A DNA stretch of 64,000 bases from Paecilomyces variotii (Eukaryota): the NCBI GenBank assembly GCA_004022145.1, contig RCNU01000005.1. One strand, given 5' to 3'. Position numbers and translations under genes: made by a program. This document shows, piece by piece, positions 49,860 through 63,016 of the stretch. Under the pieces are notes generated by a model. It searched no databases, was not told the origin of the DNA, and saw only the letters and a program-made list of their open reading frames with translations. How positions within the stretch are numbered: the stretch's first letter is position 1; the number at the start of each line of letters is the position of its first letter.

Positions 49860-51232
49860 CTTATTCTCGGATCAGCTGATTTTGCAACTGACTGGCGTTT
49901 ACCGGACCATTATACCTCTTTGCACTCATTGGAGTCGAGATTTTCTTTTTCTATTCTGCAGTGTATCTTCACCGTATGGGCTTTTGGTTGTGTCCTTCAA
50001 AGGGGTGGGAGCAGGGTTATGAGGCTATATACCACATCAGAGCCGTGTTTATGGGAGCTATACGTGATATTTTTGGAAAGTCTATGTCGTCTTGAAGTCC
50101 CATTGTCTCCGAGTTACAATGTAAATACCTGTGTACCTATCTCATTTGAAATAAAGATTTATATTAGCGCAAAACTTGCTATCTGCTGATGAGTTTCGCT
50201 TTAGGAGTCTGTCAGGTATTAGTCTCTTGGAGTTCCTTTCTTCTACCCCGTGCTCAGCCACTACTTAGTATCTCTGTCCGCGACACTAAGCAGGTGCAAT
50301 TCAGAATGTATAACATCCTACATGTTTAATGTCTCCAAAGAAGTTTATCTACACGTCCTTTGTCCCTTTCTAAGAACGTGCTCATAGATTGATCCTGAAT
50401 TCAATATATGAATTCTGCCAAGACAATGCTTTCCTCTTTTATCCCCTGAAGCAGGTGTTCTATACGCGGTCTAATAACTAATAGTACTGTATACTCATAT
50501 GTAAAGTCTCAATCTATGGCTACATCTCTCTTCCAGCGTATCACCAAAGATGTACATATTGTACTCATCACCCTAGACCTCCGGGATCTCTTAATCTCAT
50601 CCTTCATCCACTATATCCTAGCCCAAGTTGTAGTTCCGCCTATAAACTCCCATGGCAAAGGTTGTTATCACAGAAAACAACGGTCATAAAGCATTAGATG
50701 CCGCCCCGGCCTGATTTTCACACACACGCAGTAGATGACGACTAAGCAGCACGCACATCTCTCTCTCTTCGCCGACTAAGCGTTCAAAATCGCATCGTAG
50801 AGACCATAACACGACTGCTCCTTTGTTTATCCTGTCTTCCTTTCACTTCCATCTCCTGTTTCTCCCTCTGGACGTGTCTCTCCCATCTCCTGAGCTCATC
50901 CTGTTTATCAGTTTAGGTATCAGGATCTGCTGTTTTCTTCGCTCTATCAGTCTGGATAGTTGGAATAGGAAGATCTTCACCTTGACGGACTTCTATCTCC
51001 ATCTTTTGGACCTGGGCTTCTTGATTTTGCTGAGCTTTGGAAGTTCGGAGTGTTTTGAATACAGTCTTGATCTTGAATGAACTGTTTTCTCTTGTCTCTT
51101 CTTCTCACAGACTGGCTTTTATCTCTCTTGGGAATATTTTCATTTCTGAAGCAGCTTTGGCAATAGGCAACGTCCTTTTTCATATTCTTCTGCTTTTTCT
51201 TCTTCTGCTGCTGAGCCAAGCATTTCGTCCTC

Positions 51233-52295
51233 ATGGACACCTCACCCAGTCCACGCAGACGACGGAGCCTGCCATGGTCACTGTTTGCAAGTTTCCGAGA
51301 ATCTCTCTCACAGAGCCGGAATGACACAAGGTCTGGCAATGAACTTCCAATACAGACACAGGCAAATACCCAGACACCCTCAGAGCCGTCTCAGACTCTC
51401 GCTCTAGCTAGAGCCCAGCTCCCGACTCCACCTCGTACGCCTCCTGAGAGAGCCATTCCTCGTCCTCCTTTCCCAAGGAACACCGCACCAAATGGCCGTC
51501 GGATACGTCCTACTCGACTTGATCCCATTCCTGAGGAGACCGCCCCTGACGAGCATGTAGAGACGTTAGCAAAGGAGAACACGAGAAAACGGAAACAAAG
51601 ACAGGAGCAAGATGGTACTGGAAGACGCCCGGTTCCTACTTATGCAGTTCCTGATGCTTCACGCGTTGGAGCGAGATCTAATAATGATCTTCGAAGGCAC
51701 GCTTTCGACCGTGCTGCTCCTCCCCCTTTTGATAGAAATCGTGAGTATATCCCCTGTATTCTTTTAGTGAATAATCATAGCAATTTGATTTGGAGACGTC
51801 TGCTAATGCTGGATTTATACAGAAGTTCAACCCCTTCTAGGAAGGGAGCACCCCGGCGCTGCATTTAGGAGAAACACACCCTTCATGCTCGAGCGTCCTG
51901 ATCGTTTCGTCATCAACCCGCTGACCTCCCGGCGGCCCCCTGCACGCCATCACGCCTCGTACTTCACTGAGATAGTTGATCGGCCTGGAGGTCCCCCCGT
52001 TCCACCATTCAGACCCAGCGGGGTTCCGATCCCTGATGGACGTCCGAACCCGTTTCTCCCCCCGGAGATGCAGAACCGCCGTGGCGAGCCCGCTCCCCCC
52101 TCTCCGCGGCCTAGACTCCGGCACTCGGGGCGGAGTATCGGGTCCTTGCGTTCGGTTGCTCAGGCGCAGAGCGAGCCCAGCCCGACCAGACAGGATCCTT
52201 TCGCCGGGTTTAATGATTCAAGTCGTCTCATTGAGAGACGTTCAGGGAAGGAGATGCCCGCCCGTTACAGAGGGGGTACGCCCAAGGGTGGGTAG
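51233..52295 (+). CDS. Pro/Arg-rich hypothetical protein, 2 exons
   Basis: Intron 51741-51822 (GTGAGT..GCTAAT..TACAG) joins ORF 51233 in frame with ORF 51885-52295. No family recognised. Confidence 0.55.
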
Positions 52296-52402
52296 TGAAT
52301 CATGTACGATAGTTCAGGTTAATATTCCCAAATTGACTCTTTTCTTTTCCTTTTTTTTTTTTTAATTGGGGGGGTTTTATATTTGTTGTAGGAATATGGT
52401 CA

Positions 52403-52740
52403 TGGGGAGTCCACCATGAGTAGGTATGTAGGTCACTTTTTGGAGGGTGAGTATATGCCACCGGGGAGTCCGCTATGGGTATACAGCACGTAAATTACCC
52501 CTGACTCTTCTACCCTTGGGGGGTTCACCGGGGTGATATCACCTCTCTCTTTTATAATATTCTATGAAGGATACATATATGATAATAAGGAGTCCGCTCT
52601 GAGGATATGAACTACTTTCTGGAGAGTATGTATATATATCAATATACACCTGGTGTGTCGGCTATAGCCATAAAGCACATAAATTACCCCAGATGCTTAT
52701 TCTTTGCAGGAGTTCGCCCAAGTCATATATTACTTTTATT
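52403..52740. repeat. Degenerate tandem duplication, period about 185-190 bp
   Basis: Colinear blocks GGAGTCC (52406/52589), TGGAGnGTnnGTATAT (52441/52620) and AGCACRTAAATTACCCC (52485/52674). Confidence 0.65.
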
Positions 52741-53626
52741 ACCCTAGTCATACGATAGAATCTGCTTGATTACCTAGGGATGCAGATTCTTTGTATGCTT
52801 AGAAGATTGATATGAGATCAACTTCCCCCTGGATGTTGAATCGAGCAAGCCGCGTAGCGAATAGTTATCGTTACGAGGCTCAACGTATACCGTTAATAAT
52901 TCAGTGCTGTTTTGGGCGTTAACAGAGTCCACTATGCGCACAAAGCTATAAATAGTCAATCCCTTTTTCGAAGATGAATATTCGAAATATCTTTCTACAT
53001 ATACACATAGAGTGTACTTTGCTCCAGGCTAATATACCTGTCAAGACTAAGAAAGAGCCATACAACAATAATGGATTGGTTAGTGTTCGACTCCAATTTC
53101 TCGAGCATTGCACTCTATCGTTATACAGTTTCGGCGACATTTATATGCTCATACCCAATTAGGATTGGAAAGGAGTCTGACTTGAGGCGTTCTCTGATGT
53201 AGATATGCACTGAATGCTGCGGCTTTAGCGGAGATTACGCAACAAAGGGCATGTAAATGAAGCTCAACGAACAGCAAGGATGTTTCGCATGATATAGAGC
53301 TTGCCAGCCTAAACCGTGCAGACCCATCTGGGCAGGGGTGTCTTCGGAGAGATATTTACGTTATATGGTATTCTTACATATTGGACTTTTACTGTTTCAT
53401 ATTGCATCGAGCCGATATACAGTAATCATGAAGGGCAAAATAAAGAAGTAGAAAGAAAAGAAAAAAAGGCAATCTCCCTCTTCAAGTCCTTGCTTTGTTA
53501 CCTTGCTTTTCAAATAGATGATAACAATACAATCTCACATGAATCCATGATGGTACTCTCGATCATAGACAAAGATACCCTTTTTATCCATACAAACCCG
53601 TCACTACACCCTTGCTTTTGTTGAAC

Positions 53627-55865
53627 CTAGACAACCTTTGCCGACGTGCTCACACCCTCCTCGTTCGCGTCCGTGCCTCTCAACTTCTGCGCTACTTCAG
53701 AAGTCATTTTATCATCGATACTACGCGTGAAGAAACCAGCGATGATAGCAAGGCCTCCGAAAGCGATGCTGGTCAAGTAGACAGTCTGGAAGGAAAACGA
53801 GTACGCCGTCTTGGTGGCCTCTCCAACGACAGCAGCGATCTTGCTCGTCATTCCGGGCACAGAGTCTAGTGCGTCAGACGTACCGGCCGCGATAGCCTTC
53901 AGGAGAGTTGGGATGCTGGATTTGGGAAGGCCGGCCTTCACAGCAGCGGGAGTAACAGTCGGAGCGAGAGTTTCATCAAGGCGGTTGGTGAGAATTGAGA
54001 CATAGATCGCGGCTGCGGTGGTGTGTTAGTTATTTGTTATCTGGGATAGAGAATGAGATGGTGGAAATACTTACTTGCAATAGTACCGACGACTTGCTTG
54101 ATGGCAGCTAGGAAACTGCTTGCAAGACCGATATCTTCGGGCTTGCAGATAAGAGCAGACATGATGATCGAGATCATTTCCTGGAAACCTACGCCAAGGC
54201 CGCCGATGATAGTAAACTATATTCCTTTATATTAGTATGTAATGAACGATGCCGCTGATAGTAGTTCGCTTACAGCAATACCGTAATCCTTTCGATATTG
54301 ATTCGTCGATGCCATGGCTCCCAAGAACGTAGTCATGACCACGGTGCAGAGGACGAGCTGCCATCTGGCATGGCCCAAGGGTTTCATAAGAAGACCCGCG
54401 AGTATCTGTCCGAGGGCAACAGAGGATCCAGTCGTACACTGAAAGTGGTATCAGCATGCCATTTTCCAGCATGTTTCCCGCTAGGGTGAACACGACTTAC
54501 CGCCAGCCAGCCAGCCTTAATAGGATCAGTAGTATACAAAGCCGCAATCTGCTGCGGCCATAACACGTTTAAAGAAAAATAGATCATTGTCCCCACCGAC
54601 GCAGCGACGCAGACGGCGACATAGTTGACATTTCTGAGCAACTTCGTTGGAAGAAAGGGCTGCTCAAGAGGGGCAAAGGTTTCTGCAACGCAAATATTAG
54701 CACAATTTCTTTCGCACACCTTAAGCGTCAATGATACAATTCTAAACATACCCCATAGAGCAAAGAGGACCAAAGTCACGATTCCCACCACCAGCGTAGC
54801 GATGACATGGCCAGATTTCCAGGGGTAGGAAGAGCCGCCCCATGCTGCTATTCGTCAGTATACGCCCACATAAGTTCTTTCACAACTAGAGAACCACAAC
54901 ATACAAAGCCCAAGAAGCACCAGAACCAGTCCAGCACTGTACAAGACCAATCCGAGATAGTCGAGTTTCTTGACTTGTTCCCATCGGGACTTGCCCTTGT
55001 GCAGCTGATCGTATCCAGGCGGGAAGTAAAAGAGTGCAAATAGAATCGCTGAAAGTCCGCAAGTGATGCAATTTAGATAGTAGTTCCATCGCCAGCCTTT
55101 CTCAGTGTTCTTTACAAGAAGCTGTGCGATAAGTGGACCAAATGCAGCAAATGGCAGAGTGGATAGAAATAATCCACTGTTTACGGCAGGACGGTGCTTG
55201 TTTGGCACCAGTTCAGAAATGACGAACGTGAAAGTGAGCTGTACTGACGCGGCGCAGCCGGTCAGAACCGCTCCAGCGATCAGTGTAGGAATGTTCTGTG
55301 CTGTGGCACCGACTATGGCACCGATAAAGCCGATCGTTTGCCCGCCGATGTAGAAGTATCGTCGTCCGAAGATGTCACCCAGACGCCCGACGAGTAAGAG
55401 TCCGACCTAGATCGTGTCAGGATGTACTGTGATATTCAATTGGTGATCTTGTTGCACTTACACCGCTGATCAATGTGTAGGACGTAGAAATCAGAATGTA
55501 ATTGGGGTCAGGACCTGCCCCTGTCAGTGTTTCTACGATGGTAGGAAATAGAAAAAACTACAGAGGCGATATACCTAGATCCTCGTTGATGGTTGTCAAA
55601 GTATTCGCCTGGAAGAAGTCAGATATGATATAAAGACTTGCTACGTATTGAATATCCCTACCGGTAAGACGTATCCCAAATACAGACTGATCGCCATAAG
55701 ACATACTCCCGCCACAGAACCAATGAAGTTCTTGCTGTAGAAATATCCGAGAGGTAAGTCATTTGCAGTCAGACCTTGCGTAGAAGTCGAGTTCGCTGCT
55801 GAGTCGGGCGTCACTGAGCGGATTTCCTCTCTGTGGAGGCGCTTCAGCTCCGTTGAGTCCGACAT
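53627..55865 (-). CDS. MFS drug/metabolite efflux transporter, TRI12-like (14-TM type), 9 exons
   Basis: All 8 introns are canonical and keep frame on manual splicing. LPLGYFYSKNFIGS, motif A GRLGDIFGRRYF, ISELVPNKHR, WRWNYY, LDYLG, WGGSSYPWKSGHV, EDIGLASS, AYSFSFQTVYLTSIAFG. Confidence 0.9.
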
Positions 55866-56643
55866 TGTGTAACTCGACGTGCCGTCGCCCAGGAAGATAC
55901 ACGAGTATAGGAAGAGAAAAAACAGTTAAGGTATATTTAGAAGCATTAAGAATTATGCAATATCCTTTAAGAAAAGAAAGAAAGTGGAATGGTACGAAAG
56001 ATATAACCTTTGGAGAGGGGAAACGGGAGATCTATAGCAAGCTGTATCACAGGATATAGGATGACGCCAATGCCGCGTTTTTGACAGGTCTGGCCTCGGA
56101 ACGCCCTCTGATCCGAAGACGATATTTTGAGATATCTCCCAGGGGAAGGGAGCCGTTGAAACTTAGTAGAGAAAAGAATATCTCCAGAGAGCACCCAACG
56201 TGGTCCGGAAAATGCGCCGCTAACTTGAACACGCCAATGGATCCAGGTATTTGACCAACTGGGTTGGAGATAAACGTCCTATGGGTTTAGCATAGGCTCA
56301 AATGCCTGATCACCGTAACATTGAACCCTCGTGGTGTCATGTGGCGACGTATGGGTTTTCGGAAGTTCTTGAAGCAGTAACTGGGAACGCGACGAGCATG
56401 GAAAATGCGGAATCGGGTTGACAGAAGGGGGCTTGGCCATGATGGAACAGGTCAATGGAGTGCTCTAGTGCAGTGAACTCTGATGCTGCATAACCGACAG
56501 CGATGTTGTTCCGCGCGTTGTAACATTTCAGCTGCCATAAAACTTTCACTATCAGTCCTATCGCCCGACATCAGTATCCCTGCTGGCTGGAGGAATGTAC
56601 CCCAGCGGGGACCGGTGGCACTCTATGACTCGCGTGTCGCGGC

Positions 56644-56706
56644 AAGCATCAGACCTCCTCTGGAGAGCATCAGGTCTCCTCCGGTAAGCATCGAGCCTCC
56701 TGCGGT
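56644..56706. repeat. Degenerate 21-bp tandem repeat x3
   Basis: Units AAGCATCAGACCTCCTCTGGA / GAGCATCAGGTCTCCTCCGGT / AAGCATCGAGCCTCCTGCGGT. Confidence 0.7.
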
Positions 56707-58389
56707 GTTGTGCGACGCAGCAGTGTTTCTAGAATTAGTACACATTTTATGTACATATGTATGGTACGTTGGTATGCGTTGTTGGCCAGCCATAATTGGA
56801 TCTTGGAGAATCGCCGTACAGCACAACTCGAAATACTCGGTACACACGATTCTGAGGCTCGATTTCGATGTCGATTGTCAAAAATGCGGAAACCCAAACT
56901 GTGGCTGTGATCCAGGCACAGAAGTCACGCCTTAAGTGAGAACCGATCCGCAGGAACGTACCATCACAACAGGGGATAGAGACCGGTCGTTGGGACAGAA
57001 CGTGCAGAATAGCGTACCGGATGGCAGGTTAGCGTGCTTATCCCATGTTGAAACGGTGATCCTTACCTGCGGGGGGCTAGATGAGACAAGCAACATACCA
57101 GCCGCTAGTCCAAGGCCATCAACATCAACCGCGTAGAATTCTCGAACGTGAAGATGTACAAGTACGGGGTACATACCTAGTTAGTCTCTCGCCAAACTGT
57201 AAGTTATTAAACGATATCCCGAACAAGAACATCCCTTACGGAATCCTCCGCGGCACTAGTTTTCTCGGTTGCGCCATCCCGTACCCTAGTGATGTTCAGA
57301 CGGCGATCACAGACCCGTGCTGTTGTCTGTTTAGACGTTCATCATGGACCCGCAGGCTCTATCCCCTGGACCCTCGAAGACTTTAGCACAAGTTGCACAA
57401 CAGGGTAATCGGAGAATTAGTCCAGCATGGGATTGTGATGGTCACTCTGGTTTGGAAGCATTTCGTTCGACTGCAATTGATGTTCTAGATCGCAGGGCGG
57501 AGTCACCGGTCTCGGGAATGTGTGAAATGTGTGATATGCACGTCAGGAGAGATTATACACGCGCTCCGATTGCTCTGCCTGCCATTGAGGACCATCTCTA
57601 TCTGTCCAAGGGCTATGCTTGTAATAGAACCGTGCGCTCTGCTGTTCAGGGTCAATAATCGACGATCTTTAATAAACAGGTTACAGTACGATCTTGCGGG
57701 AGGGGCTCAGAATGTTTCGAATGTTTCCAGCATTTTACAGAGGCGCCACAACCCGCAGATAATTCGATTTTCCACGTGCCTCATGCCATCTCTATCTCGC
57801 TTCGGATCATGAGTATGCTGCCCTTGAATCCGGAGTTAGCGCACTCCGTTGCTGAATTCCTAAGTCGTTTCAGGGGTAGGATGGGTGATAATGTCAACTT
57901 CTCCAGGAGATATCACAAGACAAACTCCGCGTGAGAAAGGCATTGCGACGCTTAACACGACAATTAATTCAAGCCGCACGCCCAGATTACAAGATCCCAT
58001 CTTTTGTTCCCTGTTCCTTGTGCCATTGAGGCGGGGGACGTTGCATCTCGGAGTCGACTCGTCGGGTTCGAAATTTCTATGATGAATTAGCGGAATGTCA
58101 CTTACCAGGGTATTAGACCAATCTCTTCATGATGTTAAATGAGCTCTGCACAACGATGCATTCACTGAGACCTCGCTTAAAATCTCTCGAATTCTCAAAC
58201 GCCAGAGAATGCAGGTATGTTCCGGCCGTTAAGTTTTAGGTGGTGTACTCTAGTTGGTATGCGTGTAAAAAGTAAATTAAGCTTTAAGATCTGTGATGAA
58301 AAGACTATGCTATGAAAAACACTACTGGTTAACAGTAGACCCCTAGAAGAAACCTTACCAGACTAAACCACCCATCCATGGCAGAAAGA

Positions 58390-59790
58390 TCATTCAATAT
58401 CATCAACTCGGTTAACTGTTAGGTCGGTCGTAACTTTTATTTCACCCGGGACCGCAATTTGCTCCTTACTGTCGTCCCAGTCGGAAGCATGGATATCGGT
58501 CTCCATCCGAGACATGGTGGAATGCGGCAGTTTGTGCATGCGGACATGGCCTTGGTGTGATCCAGTGATATTGTATTTGTCCATACGACCGTAGCGGCTC
58601 GAATAACCTCGTGAATTGCTTGCTGGGTCCGAGGATGTGAGCCCAAGGACCCGGCGTATTGTGGGGAACTTGTATGTGATGAGCGCTTTGAAACTGGGGA
58701 TGCAGGCGCAAATCACTGCGACGGTGACCTCGATCGACGACCAGTCTAACTCATCTACTATAATATCTAGTATCCACAAGTCAGATAATCTGAATGCACG
58801 GTCCAGTTTGCCTGGGTAACTCACATGTCATGTCTGTACTTGTGTTCTGCAACTGAGTTGCGCGAATGATACTCGTCAAACAGACCCTATAATGTCCGTC
58901 AGTCAAGGAAGACCAGGAAAAGAAGCCGATCCTGTAACGTACAAGAATCCTAGAGCGAACATGGCAATTACTCCCGTTTTCTTGCCCCGGCTCAGTTTCG
59001 TCTTATACAAGAGCGGGATAGGCAAGAAGAATATGACAAGATCGCTTGCCAATTTGATTCCGAAAGAGACGTAGAAGAATGTCAATAGGTTCAGACATTT
59101 TCCAGGGACCGTGCTATCCCAGGCCTTCTGGACTGGAGAGCACTGGAATATGACGACTGCTGTTTCCTCGATACACTGACAGATCAGAAATACTATGCAG
59201 CCATAGCACACGGCTAGTACCCTCTTTCCAGGGAATATGCGGAGGTAAAATAGTAAAAAAGAGACCTTGATGGTGATGAAAGCGAAGATATATGCGATCG
59301 AGATGACGAAATCGAGCTATGAGAGACAAGTCAGTCTCCCGGTAAGAATTCCGATCAATGGATCAAAAACATGTACCTGCAGGAATCTCTCGATATCTTC
59401 AGGATCTAGGGTCTTTAAATGTTGTCCAGCTCCATATCGAACCACTATGAATGGTGAGCCGCGAACCATCTAGGAAGAGAAGGATGGAATTACTTACTCA
59501 ATGCGGATACAACGCAAAGAACACAAGTGAAAACCTGGATGAACATGGCAAATCAGAGACGCACTGCTTCATAATTCATGATCATCATACATAGCTGAAC
59601 GTAAAGCAGACTATCAAGATAGTCAGTGAGAATCAAATTGGTGATACAATGGGACATATTCACCATCATCAGATCCAAGTCCCTTCATGTAGACACTGCG
59701 GACCCATAACCGCACTGCTGAAGATATTGTAGCCAAGAGCAGCATCACAGCGTTCACCGTCACCAGTCTTGCTGCTTTTGATTCTGCCAT
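58390..59790 (-). CDS. PTH11-like (fungal rhodopsin-domain) 7-TM integral membrane protein without CFEM, 7 exons
   Basis: Spliced by hand from ATG 59790: RLWVR..LGSDD, YGAGQH, IKVSFLLFYLRIF, FQCSPVQKAWD..GKC, SDLVIFFLPIP, WSSIEVTVAVICACIP. Includes 20-nt and 37-nt small exons. Confidence 0.88.
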
Positions 59791-61277
59791 GATGGGCACT
59801 TTGTGGAATGCGAATTGATTTCGAGCTAGAGGAAAACAAATGCATGCGGGGAAGAGGCATTATATCCACCAAGAAGAACGTTGTCTGCAGAGCAAAAGAC
59901 TAACACACAAGAAATCCTTCGTGGAGGTGCAGAATTGAAAACTGCCAATAGATGAGAACTAACGACGTTGCATACGATGAAGCTCAGATGGCATGACGGC
60001 TGGGGCTAGACGCAGGTGCTGTAACTAGCCCTTGATACCTTCAGGGGCTGCTGAAGTCCTCGGTACGTAGGTCCAGCCTCGTGTGGCACCCATAACCCTG
60101 GAAACGGCATTTGAATACTCTGCGTGTGTGGGACCGTGGACGTTTGACTGGCCTTCGGCATTGGCCTTCCTTTTATTCACGAATGGCCCTGAACAAAGTA
60201 GCATCACAGTCAATCAGTCAATCACCTGAAATCCTTCAAATCTTGTTCTTGTGTGACTAGTAGAGAAGGATTGATTTGTCCGCATTGTGTTCAGCACAGA
60301 CTATTCTTACGCAACTTGCCATCTGTAGAAACAGACCTGGTATGATTGCTGAATGTTGACAGATTCCTTCAAGCGATGTGAAAGCACTCCCAGGGTAGCA
60401 TCCTTATCACACAGGATTATCAAGTGACTTCCCGAATAGGGTATCAGCGACTTGTTCTCACTATCGCACTATCAGCTTCTAAACTTGAAGGTCACAATGC
60501 TATCTCTCACAATGGTGTGTTGAAAAGCATTACTGGCTAATGGGTCAAAAGACCGAATGCGTGGCCGCTATATTCAGGGTACATTCTTACGCAATAGTAG
60601 TAGCGTAGAGCACTGACTGTCTGAATAACAGCATAGCTGCCGGGAGGACTTGAAAGGACAGTGTTACTTCACCAAGTCCTCGTTGTTTGCATCAGGAGTC
60701 ATCCCGACAACACCGCATAAGTCTCGGTGCCATCTTATTGTCGTGATGCAAGTCATCTTCAAACTCAAGACGCGCGCTCACCCAAATCCCGATTCCGGGA
60801 TTCACAAACAGACCAGCCAATAGAGCTTCCAAGATGGATAGAAGGGAGAGCTGATCGAAAATTGTAAAACAACCCAGAAGTTGTTTTTCATGCTGCAGAT
60901 ATCGCTTGGAAGTCACGCTCCTATGAGCATGTGACCCATGGAACTGGCCAGGTGAGCCTGACAGACAAGGCCAACGTGCTTACAGCAGCGTTATGGCTCT
61001 AGTTGCTTAGAACCCCATGCAGATAAAATAGTTATGTTACTAGTACGGCGACTACTATATAAGCACTGTCAATCTCGTCCAGTACAGTTGGGTGAACCAC
61101 TCTGAACACGTATAATTTCTATTTATTTACGGTCTATGAGATTGCATAGTCGAAGATAGTGTGGGGCTGTCATAATAATCTATCGAACAAGTGTAAGGTA
61201 CCTCTGTTAATATATACAAGGGACTTAGTGTCGAATATTAGCGAAGAGCAGTCTATGGAGATAATTCTTTCTGGGGT

Positions 61278-62398
61278 TCAAGACTTGTCGGGAAAGCCGA
61301 AATCGACACCGAAGGGCGGGTACACGAAGCGCTGGAAGCCCTTCGTGGCTGCCAGCTGATTTGTGTACTTGGCAATAATAGCCATATCAGATTCATCAAG
61401 CTTGATAAGGTGGCGGTTCTCCTCAATGCGAGGGGGAGTGACAGACTTTGCCAGGACACTAGAACCACGGGCAACTGCAACTTACGTGTCAGTAATAGGC
61501 AGTATATTGCAAAGAGTAGGAATGCATACTATGCCAGCTCAGCAGAACTGTTGCCGGTGTGACTCCCTTCTTCTTCGCGATTTCAACGATGGGCTCTGCC
61601 GTAAAGAGAGGGCTTCCAGTGCTTCCCAGAGGGCTGTAAGCAGTGATGTGGATGCCCTTCTCCTTGCAGAAGTCGACGATCTCCTGTTGTGGCAAAGCCG
61701 GATGGTTCTCAATCTGGTTGACTGCAGGCACTACGGAAACTTGGGGTAGCAGCTCCTCAAGATAGCGCTTGCTGTAGTTAGAAACTCCAATGGCCTTGAC
61801 CTTGCCCGTTTCAAGAAGCTTCTCCATGCTCTTGTATGTAGTAACATGGGAGTGGTCCTTCAGGATGTCACGAGAGCCATCTGGAAGCTTAGGGAACAGA
61901 GGGTGGTTACCTGGAAAGAGTTAGCAACATTGTCAAAAGACAGGACAAAACTACCTCTGATGTGAAAGTCTAGACGGCAGGTCACGCATACCATTGGGGT
62001 TCATCGCCAACGGCCAATGCATGAGATAGAGGTCGATGTAGTCCAATCCCAAGTTCTTGAGACTCAGATCAAGTGCTTCCTCCACACGCGTGTGGTAGCT
62101 GCACCACAGTTTCGTGGTGACAAAAACATCTTCTCTCTTGACTTTGCCAGATGCAAATGCCTCCTTCAACCCATTTCCAACTTCCTGCTCATTCTGATAG
62201 CAAAAGGCAGTATCAATGTGCCGGTAGCCGACAGAGATGGCATGGCTAACAGCAGTCTCGACCTCGCCAGGACCAGATTGCCACGTCCCTGTTCGAATCA
62301 GCAATACTCCGTAGCCTCGATGCGTGATGCCTACCAAGTCCAAGGGCTGGAATTTCCGCGCCTGTGTTCAGCTTGAAACGCGTCTCTTCGACAGCCAT
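61278..62398 (-). CDS. NADPH-dependent aldo-keto reductase, Gcy1/Ypr1-like, 4 exons
   Basis: Exons 62398-62335, 62288-61992, 61910-61530, 61474-61278. [17 protein letters not shown], catalytic tetrad D/Y/K/H ([18 protein letters not shown]), IGVSNY, AYSPLGS, LAKSVT. Confidence 0.93.
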
Positions 62399-62582
62399 TG
62401 TGGTCGGATTCTGTTTGTAAATTACTGAATAAAGACTCCAGAAGATAATTCTAGTTGCAGTATTCTGTGCCTTCGTTTGCGAGTGTTAGATAATTAGGAC
62501 AGAAAGAGAACGACGGTGTTTATTGATAAGGAGAGCAGAAAGGGCTCAACGGTGATGACCGGCTATTGAAGGCTTGAAGCTA

Positions 62583-62595
62583 CCCCGCGGTGGGG
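62583..62595. promoter_or_regulatory. Paired, inverted CreA-type SYGGRG sites (CCCCGC-G-GTGGGG) in the AKR/MIOX divergent promoter
   Basis: Two consensus carbon-catabolite-repression sites 1 bp apart, about 190 bp upstream of the AKR ATG. Confidence 0.4.
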
Positions 62596-62974
62596 GTTCT
62601 CGAACGGCATCGATTTGGATGTTGACGCTCTCCCGTAGGTGGATAAACCAGCCCATAGTCAGCTATTATTCCATCAATCACAGTTTCTTCAAGTTCAGTG
62701 GCGGTGCTTTCGATACTAATTATATAGGCCCTACTTAGTTATGGTCAATGAGCGCTGTTCAATGTTGGGAATGTTTCCTTTTCGTTTGAAATTCTCTCTT
62801 CTCTTCTTTTGTGATGCTTTTACATCTCTACACTGAAGAGTGAGGATATTCCTGTGTATACCAATCACTGCGCATTGGCTCATTATCTATGCACGCAATA
62901 GCCCAGCTCTTACATGCGATCCACCAGCTCCAGACCCATTTCTGTCAGTTACTCTGATTCCAATGGAAGCATGT

Positions 62975-62975
<1 letters not shown>

Positions 62976-63014
<39 letters not shown>
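62976..63014. repeat. (CT)n microsatellite, about 19 units
   Basis: Read directly. Confidence 0.95.

Positions 63015-63016
<2 letters not shown>

Noticed and set aside
61200-61280. Cryptic PTS1 via stop-codon readthrough for the AKR, also checked for thiolase, hexokinase, GFA and Ara2-like genes
   Set aside because: No TGA-CTA context and no SKL-like ending in the extensions I read.
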